From assembly GCF_947499565.1 (NCBI RefSeq), contig NZ_CANMOV010000006.1: a DNA stretch of 64,000 nucleotides; one strand, written 5' to 3'. A program made the translations under genes and the position numbers. The stretch comes from an uncultured Croceitalea sp. (lineage in GTDB: Bacteria > Bacteroidota > Bacteroidia > Flavobacteriales > Flavobacteriaceae). Positions 56,929-64,000 of this stretch are shown here, in pieces (the first letter of the stretch is position 1; every line of letters begins with the position of its first letter). Below the pieces are notes generated by a model that was not told the origin of the DNA, did not search any database, and was given only the letters and a program-made list of their open reading frames with translations.

Positions 56929-59544
56929 TCATTTTAAATATTCCTTTACCTTTTCCAATGCTTCTGGGATACCTGATGGATTTTTTCCGCCAGCAGTGGC
57001 AAAGAAAGGTTGTCCGCCTCCGCCTCCTTGAATGTATTTACCTAACTCACGAACAATAGTTCCCGCATTAAGGTTACGTTCAAAAGTCAATTCTTTAGAG
57101 ATATAACAGGAAAGAATTGCTTTTCCATCTTTTTCTGAAGCCAGTAATAAAAATAGGTTGTCCTTGTTCTGCCCCATTTCAAACGAAAGGTCTTTAATTC
57201 CTCCAGCGTCCAAATCCACTTTTTTAGCTAAAAATTTTACCTCGTTAATGGTAGTAAGCTCTCCTAGCAATTCTGTTTTTAAACCTTTAGCTTTATCCTT
57301 AAGCAAGCTTTCTACCTGCTTCTTTAACTGTATGTTTTCTTCTTGTAACGCTGTAACCGCTTTAACTGGATCTTGCGCATTGTTAAGTAAATCTTTTACC
57401 TCAAAAAGCAACCTGTTATTCTTAAAATAGAAATCTTTAACAGCATCAGACGTAATAGCTTCAATTCTTCGTATCCCCGCAGCTACCGCACCTTCTGAAG
57501 TGATTTTAAAATGCCAAATATCACCAGTGTTCTTTACATGAGTTCCCCCGCATAATTCTATAGATTGCCCAAAACGCACTGTGCGCACTGTATCACCATA
57601 TTTTTCACCAAATAGCGCCATTGCACCTTGTTCCATAGCATCCTTAATAGGGATGTTCCTATGCTCCTCAAAAGGTAATTGCCCTTCTATACGTGCATTT
57701 ACAAAATTCTCAACAGCCCTAAGTTCCTTTGTACTCAACTTTGAAAAGTGAGAAAAGTCGAATCGGAGGTATTTAGAATGCACCGCAGAGCCTTTTTGCT
57801 CTACATGCTCTCCTAATATTTCTCGCAATGCCTGATGCAGCAAGTGTGTAGCTGTATGATTGCTCTCCGTCCTACGACGCTGCTTTTCATCAACTGCTGC
57901 CTTAAAAGAACCTGAAACGTTTTTAGGAAGCGTTTCTGAAAAATGCACAATCTCATTATTCTCTCTTTTAGTATCTACGATATAAGTAACATCTCCATTT
58001 GGAGCTTCCAGATAACCTTTGTCGCCTACTTGCCCTCCACCTTCTGCATAAAATGGGGTAAGGTTAAATACCAAATGATACTGATCTCCATCTTTTTTAC
58101 TAGATACCTTTCTATACTTAACCAATTTAACTTCGGATTGTAAGCTATCATAACCTATAAACTCTTGTTCAGCATCTTCTAAAAGAATAGTCCAATCTTC
58201 TTTTGAAGTTTCTGATGCTGCTCGGGAACGGTCTTTTTGGGCTTGCAAAGCTTTTTCAAAACCTTCAACATCCAATCCGTAACCTTTCTCTTCTAGAATT
58301 AAGGCGGTTAAATCTATTGGAAAACCAAAAGTATCATATAACTCAAAAGCTTTTTGACCATCAATTGTTTTGCTTTTAGCAGATTTAATTACGGAATCCA
58401 ACAATACAAGACCTTGTTCTAAGGTACTTAAGAAAGAATTCTCTTCTTCTTTAACTACATTTTCTATTAACTGGTATTGTTCTTTTAATTCTGGGAAAGC
58501 TTTCCCCATAGATTCTCCAAGGACTTTTACCAATCTATAAATGAATGGTTTTTTAGTGTCCAAAAAAGTAAATCCATAGCGAACTGCTCTTCTTAAGATT
58601 CTTCTAATTACATAACCTGCTCCAGTATTGCTGGGCAATTGTCCATCCGCAATCGAAAAAGCTACTGCGCGTATATGGTCTGCAATAACTCTAATTGCAA
58701 TATCCGTTTGTTCGTCTTTTCCATATTTATGATTTGTTATGGCCTCTATTTCTCTAATAAGTGGTGTAAAGACATCAGTTTCATAATTAGATTGCACTCC
58801 TTGTAACACCATGCATAAACGCTCAAAGCCCATGCCTGTATCTACATGTTTCTCTGGTAAACTTTCCAATTCACCATTTGCTTTGCGATTGTATTGCATA
58901 AAAACCAAATTCCAAATCTCTACTACCAATGGATGGTCCTGATTTACCAGAGAGGCACCTGATACTTTAGCTTTTTCCTCGACAGAACGAATATCTACAT
59001 GTATTTCTGAACAAGGACCGCAAGGACCTTGGTCTCCCATTTCCCAAAAATTGTCCTTTTTATTGCCCATAATAATTCGGTCCTTAGGAACAATAGCACT
59101 CCAAAGATCAAAGGCTTCTTGGTCCATTTCTAGCTTATCCGAATCATTACTTCCCTCAAAAACAGAGACATATAGGCTATCTTTATCAATCCCATAGACT
59201 TCTGTTAAGAGTTCCCATGCCCAATGAATAGCTTCTTTCTTAAAATAATCACCAAAGCTCCAATTGCCTAACATTTCGAACATGGTATGGTGGTAGGTGT
59301 CCTTACCAACTTCTTCTAGGTCATTATGTTTTCCGCTTACTCGAAGACATTTTTGCGTGTCTGTGATTCGTTTTGATTTTGAAACAGTATTCCCCAAGAA
59401 GAATTCTTTAAACTGGTTCATCCCCGCATTGGTGAATAATAAAGTGGGGTCATTTTTCATGACCATAGGAGCCGAAGGAACAATTTTATGTTCTTTCGAT
59501 TTAAAAAAGTTTAAAAACTGTTCTCTAACCTTTTGCGATGTCAT
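56929..59544 (-). CDS. alaS: Alanine--tRNA ligase
   Basis: [56 protein letters not shown] and GGGGG motifs. Confidence 0.99.
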   Translation of the reverse strand: MTSQKVREQFLNFFKSKEHKIVPSAPMVMKNDPTLLFTNAGMNQFKEFFLGNTVSKSKRITDTQKCLRVSGKHNDLEEVGKDTYHHTMFEMLGNWSFGDYFKKEAIHWAWELLTEVYGIDKDSLYVSVFEGSNDSDKLEMDQEAFDLWSAIVPKDRIIMGNKKDNFWEMGDQGPCGPCSEIHVDIRSVEEKAKVSGASLVNQDHPLVVEIWNLVFMQYNRKANGELESLPEKHVDTGMGFERLCMVLQGVQSNYETDVFTPLIREIEAITNHKYGKDEQTDIAIRVIADHIRAVAFSIADGQLPSNTGAGYVIRRILRRAVRYGFTFLDTKKPFIYRLVKVLGESMGKAFPELKEQYQLIENVVKEEENSFLSTLEQGLVLLDSVIKSAKSKTIDGQKAFELYDTFGFPIDLTALILEEKGYGLDVEGFEKALQAQKDRSRAASETSKEDWTILLEDAEQEFIGYDSLQSEVKLVKYRKVSSKKDGDQYHLVFNLTPFYAEGGGQVGDKGYLEAPNGDVTYIVDTKRENNEIVHFSETLPKNVSGSFKAAVDEKQRRRTESNHTATHLLHQALREILGEHVEQKGSAVHSKYLRFDFSHFSKLSTKELRAVENFVNARIEGQLPFEEHRNIPIKDAMEQGAMALFGEKYGDTVRTVRFGQSIELCGGTHVKNTGDIWHFKITSEGAVAAGIRRIEAITSDAVKDFYFKNNRLLFEVKDLLNNAQDPVKAVTALQEENIQLKKQVESLLKDKAKGLKTELLGELTTINEVKFLAKKVDLDAGGIKDLSFEMGQNKDNLFLLLASEKDGKAILSCYISKELTFERNLNAGTIVRELGKYIQGGGGGQPFFATAGGKNPSGIPEALEKVKEYLK

Positions 59545-59649
59545 CTTGTGAGTTAAGCTTTAAATAATTTTAACAGATTCAACAAAACAATTTTTATATT
59601 TGTTTGTTATCAAAAAAATGAATGACCAAAAATAGGATAAAATCCACTC

Positions 59650-60627
59650 ATGTCTAAGGTAAAATACTATTACGATCCAGATACACTTTCATACCGAAAG
59701 ATTGAACCGAAAAAATCTAAACGGTATCGTAATCTATTCTTCTTTCTTTTAGGCTCTGCACTTTTTGGATTACTTGGTTTAGTAATTCTTTTAAATACTG
59801 ACATTTTAAATACACCGCGAGAACTTTCTTTGGCGAGAGAAGTAGAAAACTATGAGCTTCAGTTTGATATTTTAGGAAAGAAAATGGAGCAAATGGAGCA
59901 GGTACTTGCAAATATTGAAGATCGCGACAATAACATTTACAGATTGTATTTTGAAGCCAACCCTATCCCTGAAGAACAAAGAAGGGCTGGTTTTGGGGGT
60001 ATAAATAGGTACAAATCTTTGGAAGGTTTTAATAATTCTAAGATTATCACGGATGCCACCCAACGATTAGATATTATCCAAAAGCAAATGGTAATCCAGT
60101 CTAAATCTTTAGATGAGATTGCTATTTTGGCCGAAGAAAAGGAAAAATTCTTAGAAGCTATTCCTGCCATTCAACCTGTTCGTAATAAGGATTTAAAGCG
60201 AATGGCTTCTGGCTATGGATGGCGTACGGATCCATTTACAAAAGCAAGAAAAATGCATCGTGGGATGGATTTTACCGCACCAAGAGGCACTCCTGTTTTT
60301 GCTACGGGAAACGGTAAAATAACTCGTGCAGATAACAATTCCTCCGGATTTGGAAAACATATACGTATAGACCATGGTCATGGTTATTTAACCATATATG
60401 CGCATTTAAGTAAATACAATGTAACCAAGGGTCAAAAAGTTAAACGTGGTGATTTAATAGGTTTTGTTGGAAACACTGGGCGTTCAGAAGCTCCTCACCT
60501 TCATTATGAAGTTTGGAAAGATAAAGAGCGTATTAATCCTATCAACTTTTACTACGGGAGTTTATCTCCAAAAGAGTTTGAGAATATGCTTAAATATGCA
60601 ACTCAAGAGAACCAATCCCTGGATTAA
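59650..60627 (+). CDS. M23-family metallopeptidase
   Basis: HRGMDF, YAHL and PHLHYEV motifs; TATATTTG -7-like element at 59595-59602. Confidence 0.93.
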   Translation: MSKVKYYYDPDTLSYRKIEPKKSKRYRNLFFFLLGSALFGLLGLVILLNTDILNTPRELSLAREVENYELQFDILGKKMEQMEQVLANIEDRDNNIYRLYFEANPIPEEQRRAGFGGINRYKSLEGFNNSKIITDATQRLDIIQKQMVIQSKSLDEIAILAEEKEKFLEAIPAIQPVRNKDLKRMASGYGWRTDPFTKARKMHRGMDFTAPRGTPVFATGNGKITRADNNSSGFGKHIRIDHGHGYLTIYAHLSKYNVTKGQKVKRGDLIGFVGNTGRSEAPHLHYEVWKDKERINPINFYYGSLSPKEFENMLKYATQENQSLD

Positions 60628-60956
60628 TGCACATAGAACTTCCTGAAAAAAGATATTACGGTATTGGCGAAGTGGCCAAAGCTTTTGGGGTAAATACATC
60701 TCTCATCCGGTTTTGGGAAAAAGAATTCGATGCTATTAAACCAAAGAAAAATGCAAAGGGGAACAGAAAATTCACTCCACAAGACATTAAAAATCTCCAG
60801 CTTATATACCATTTGGTAAAAGAACGAGGCTTTACTTTAGAAGGTGCTAAAATTCATTTAAAAGAAGAAAAACATAAGACGTTATCTAATTTTGAAGTGA
60901 TAGAAAAACTACAAAAGATACGTGCCGAACTTCTAAAGATTAAAGAACAACTGTAA
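60627..60956 (+). CDS. MerR-family HTH protein
   Basis: YYGIGEVAKAFGVNTSLIRFWEKEF...GNRKFT. Confidence 0.92.
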   Translation: MHIELPEKRYYGIGEVAKAFGVNTSLIRFWEKEFDAIKPKKNAKGNRKFTPQDIKNLQLIYHLVKERGFTLEGAKIHLKEEKHKTLSNFEVIEKLQKIRAELLKIKEQL

Positions 60957-60979
60957 ATAAACACTAAACACTTATTAAA

Positions 60980-61600
60980 ATGAAAAAAAAATTTCTTGGC
61001 TTAGGCTGTCTAGGTATTGGGATTATCGCCATAATTGTTATTGCCGTTGGCGGCATTGTGTTCTATGTTAACACCAACAACACCTTAGTAGATATGAAAG
61101 GGCAAGCCACAAAGCAATGGGCAAATGTTGAAAGTTCTTATCAACGAAGAAGTGATCTAATTGGCAATTTGGTTAAAACGGTACAAGGTGCTGCTGATTT
61201 TGAAAGAGGCACATTAAAAGATGTAATTGAAGCACGCTCTAAAGCTACATCGACAACAATAGACGCTAATAATCTAACCCCAGAAAAGCTTGCTGCTTTT
61301 CAACAAGCGCAATCTGGTTTATCATCTGCATTATCAAGACTTTTGGTTACTGTAGAACGTTATCCAGATTTAAAGTCCAATCAAAACTTCTTGGAATTAC
61401 AGTCCCAATTGGAAGGCACTGAAAACAGAATTAATGTTGAGCGTAATCGATTTAATGATTTGGCTGGTGAGTATAATATTAAGATTGAAAAAATACCAAC
61501 TAATTTCATTGCTAATATTGCGGGCTTCGAGGGCATGGCTTTATTTAGTTCAAAACCTGGTGCAGAAGATGCTCCAGATGTAGATTTTAATTTTGATTAA
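60980..61600 (+). CDS. lemA: LemA family protein
   Basis: YQRRSDLI, ERYPDLKSNQNF and EGTENRI motifs. Confidence 0.92.
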   Translation: MKKKFLGLGCLGIGIIAIIVIAVGGIVFYVNTNNTLVDMKGQATKQWANVESSYQRRSDLIGNLVKTVQGAADFERGTLKDVIEARSKATSTTIDANNLTPEKLAAFQQAQSGLSSALSRLLVTVERYPDLKSNQNFLELQSQLEGTENRINVERNRFNDLAGEYNIKIEKIPTNFIANIAGFEGMALFSSKPGAEDAPDVDFNFD

Positions 61601-61602
61601 GT

Positions 61603-62040
61603 ATGTCTAAAGTTGAAGCTTTTTTATCCTTTGAGGAAGAACAAGAAATTGTAAATGCTATCCTAGAGGCTGAAAAAAATACCTCTGGTGAGATTCGAGT
61701 ACATATTGAAGCTTCTGCCAAAATAGATCACTTTAGCAGAGCACAACAGGTATTTCATTTTTTAAAAATGGATAATACCAAAGACGAGAACGGTGTTCTA
61801 ATCTATGTTGCTGTAGAAGATAAAAAATTTGTAATCTACGGTGATAAGGGTATAGATAAAGCAGTACCTAGAGGTTTTTGGGATAATACCAAAGAAGTAA
61901 TTTCCAAACGATTTAAGGAAGGAGACTTTAAACAGGGCATAATAGAAGGTGTTCTAAAGGCTGGCAAGGAATTAGAAGCCCATTTTCCATGGAATCATAA
62001 TGATACTAATGAGTTGAGCGATGCAATTTCAAAAGGTTAG
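61603..62040 (+). CDS. TPM-domain protein
   Basis: AEKNTSGEIRVHIE and NGVLIYVA motifs. Confidence 0.88.
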   Translation: MSKVEAFLSFEEEQEIVNAILEAEKNTSGEIRVHIEASAKIDHFSRAQQVFHFLKMDNTKDENGVLIYVAVEDKKFVIYGDKGIDKAVPRGFWDNTKEVISKRFKEGDFKQGIIEGVLKAGKELEAHFPWNHNDTNELSDAISKG

Positions 62041-62809
62041 TATTTTACTGGCTTTATTTTTATCCTCACTTACTTGGGGGCAGTTTGCTATACCTGAAAA
62101 ACCTGCAAAACAGACTAGTGTTTACGATTACATCAATTTACTTTCTAGCGCTCAAAAATCTAATCTAGAACAAAAACTTATTCGCTACGCGGATAGTACA
62201 TCTTCGCAAATTGTGGTTGCTATAATTAGTTCTACTGAAGGTGAAAATATTAACTTTCTTGGTGCGCAATGGGGAGAAAAATGGGGTATTGGGCAAGCCA
62301 ATAAAGACAATGGTGTTTTGGTTTTATTGGCAAAAGATGACCGCAGAATCGCTATTAATACAGGTTATGGCGTTGAAGGTCTTTTGACCGATGCTATGAG
62401 CAAACGCATTATAGAATCCATCATTATTCCTGAGTTTAAAGCAGGGAGTTATTATACTGGCTTAGATAAAGGAGCAGATGCCATTTTTAAAGTGCTTACC
62501 GGTGCTTTTAAAGAAGAACGTAGTTTTAACAATAACCAAGGTTTTTCTTTTGAGTCCCTTTTACCATTCATTATATTTTTAGTGGTTTTCTTTATTATAA
62601 TTAATAGAAGAGGGCGCGGTGGAAAGGGAAATAATCGTGGTGGACGCGGAGGAATAGGAGGCGACTTACTAGATATTATTATTCTTAGTAATATGGGACG
62701 TGGAGGCTATCGCTCTGGTTCTTCAGGTGGTGGTTTTGGTAGCGGCGGATTTGGTGGTGGCTTTGGAGGCGGAGGCTTTGGAGGCGGAGGTGCTTCCGGC
62801 GGATGGTAA
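62021..62809 (+). CDS. TPM-domain (YgcG-like) protein with a Gly-rich tail
   Basis: VYDYINLL, WGIGQANKDNG and GYGVEG motifs; ends FGGGGASGGW. Confidence 0.9.
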   Translation: MQFQKVSILLALFLSSLTWGQFAIPEKPAKQTSVYDYINLLSSAQKSNLEQKLIRYADSTSSQIVVAIISSTEGENINFLGAQWGEKWGIGQANKDNGVLVLLAKDDRRIAINTGYGVEGLLTDAMSKRIIESIIIPEFKAGSYYTGLDKGADAIFKVLTGAFKEERSFNNNQGFSFESLLPFIIFLVVFFIIINRRGRGGKGNNRGGRGGIGGDLLDIIILSNMGRGGYRSGSSGGGFGSGGFGGGFGGGGFGGGGASGGW

Positions 62810-64000
62810 GGCTTCTATTTGAGACATAGCAAGACAATTTTTAATCACAGTATAAAGCTCTTTAGGGTCAAAAGGCTTAACCACCAGCCCATCCATTCCA
62901 GCTCTACTTAACTCTCCATTAGTTTTATCACCCGTTGAAGCTGTTAAAGCAATAATTGGGGTTTCGTAATTTGGATTTGTACTAGACTCCCGTATAGCTA
63001 AAGTTGCTTGAAATCCATTCATAACTGGCATCTCTATATCCATAAATATTAAGTCGTATTGTTTTTTTACAGACATCTCAAAACCAATTAACCCATTTTC
63101 AGCTATTTCATAGTTTATCCCCCATTTATCTAAAAATTTCTTAATGATGATTACATTAATTTTGTTGTCTTCTACAACCAAAATAGTTCCATCAAGTGAA
63201 TTCTCATATTCAGCATTCATCTGCTGAGATAGATTAACTGATTCCAGTGAATTCCCTTTGCCAAATGGGACTACAAATGAAAAGCTAGTACCTACGTTTT
63301 TCCCGCTTCTACATTTTAACTCGCTACCCATTATCTCAACTAAATTCTTACAGATAGCAAGACCTAATCCTGTACCTCCAAATAGCCTAGTAGTATTGGA
63401 ATTTGCCTGCGCAAATGGCTCGAATATTTTACCTTGGTTTTCCTTTGCTATGCCAATACCTGTGTCGGAAACCTTAAACTCTACAAAATACAAATCGTTC
63501 TTTTTCTTTTTTAAGGAAACTTCTAGCTCTACAAAACCTTCTTCCGTAAACTTTATGGCATTCCCGAGTAAATTTGTTAGTATTTGGCTTAGTCTATGTG
63601 TGTCACCTATAACTGTTTTTGGAATGTCCTTATCTAGGTTCACTTTAAAATCTAGCCCTTTTGAAGTCGCTTTTTGAGAAAACATTTGATGCTGCGCTTT
63701 CAAAGACTCCTTAAGACTAAAATCATCTTGCTCCATCACCAATGACCCAGAAACTATTTTATTATAATCCAAAATATCATTGACCAAGGTCAACAAATGT
63801 TTAGATGAATAGGTTAACACATTTAGGTTATCTATTTGATCTGGTTTTGGCTCTTCCATAAGCAACAAATTACTAACCCCAATAACGGCATTTAAAGGGG
63901 TACGTATTTCGTGGGACATTATGGATAAAAACTCATCTTTCGCTTTGTTGGCATCTATAAGTTTTTGTTCTGCAATTTTAAGTTCGGTTATGTCTGAAAT
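62723..64000 (-). CDS. Hybrid histidine kinase / response regulator, 5'-truncated by the window edge (PAS/PAC upstream)
   Basis: MSHEIRTPLN H-box, NLLGNAIKFT, DTGIGI, GGTGLGL and receiver FMDIEMP; frame open to 64000 (DITELKIAEQKL). Confidence 0.93.
   Translation of the reverse strand: MSDITELKIAEQKLIDANKAKDEFLSIMSHEIRTPLNAVIGVSNLLLMEEPKPDQIDNLNVLTYSSKHLLTLVNDILDYNKIVSGSLVMEQDDFSLKESLKAQHQMFSQKATSKGLDFKVNLDKDIPKTVIGDTHRLSQILTNLLGNAIKFTEEGFVELEVSLKKKKNDLYFVEFKVSDTGIGIAKENQGKIFEPFAQANSNTTRLFGGTGLGLAICKNLVEIMGSELKCRSGKNVGTSFSFVVPFGKGNSLESVNLSQQMNAEYENSLDGTILVVEDNKINVIIIKKFLDKWGINYEIAENGLIGFEMSVKKQYDLIFMDIEMPVMNGFQATLAIRESSTNPNYETPIIALTASTGDKTNGELSRAGMDGLVVKPFDPKELYTVIKNCLAMSQIEALPSAGSTSASKASASKATTKSAATKTTT

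Noticed and set aside
59650-62809. M23-MerR-LemA-TPM-TPM cluster as a novel system
   Set aside because: To my knowledge this is a widely conserved Bacteroidetes arrangement next to alaS; nothing unusual was seen here.

Overview
AT-rich bacterial chromosome segment. Gene content and promoter motifs suggest a marine Flavobacteriaceae (Bacteroidetes); this is inferred, not confirmed by a search. No rRNA, tRNA, CRISPR array, integrase or transposase was recognised. 1-38 kb is a patchwork of transport, regulatory, secreted and accessory genes. 39-56 kb is a minus-strand aromatic catabolism cluster: tetR-paaEABCDGHI-thiolase-paaZ-hydratase-paaY, then E2, aminotransferase and fused E1 of a 2-oxoacid dehydrogenase. 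56-64 kb is conserved core (alaS, M23 peptidase, MerR, LemA, TPM proteins, hybrid kinase). Main observations: (i) two small GIY-YIG nuclease genes, each bracketed by its own family of inverted GTC-tagged palindromic repeats, in a RAYT/REP-like layout, with further copies dispersed, arrayed and nested inside one another; (ii) a two-gene block delimited by attC-like sites, carrying a frameshifted HEPN-motif gene; (iii) a paa cluster with no paaK in the window, whose PaaR-like operator recurs upstream of the E2-aminotransferase-E1 operon, suggesting a direct Phe to phenylacetyl-CoA route; (iv) a triple palindromic operator before a SatD-DUF3307-VOC-cyclase operon; (v) two secreted proteins built from a 35-aa acidic repeat. 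All family names come from motif recognition by eye; no database search was run.
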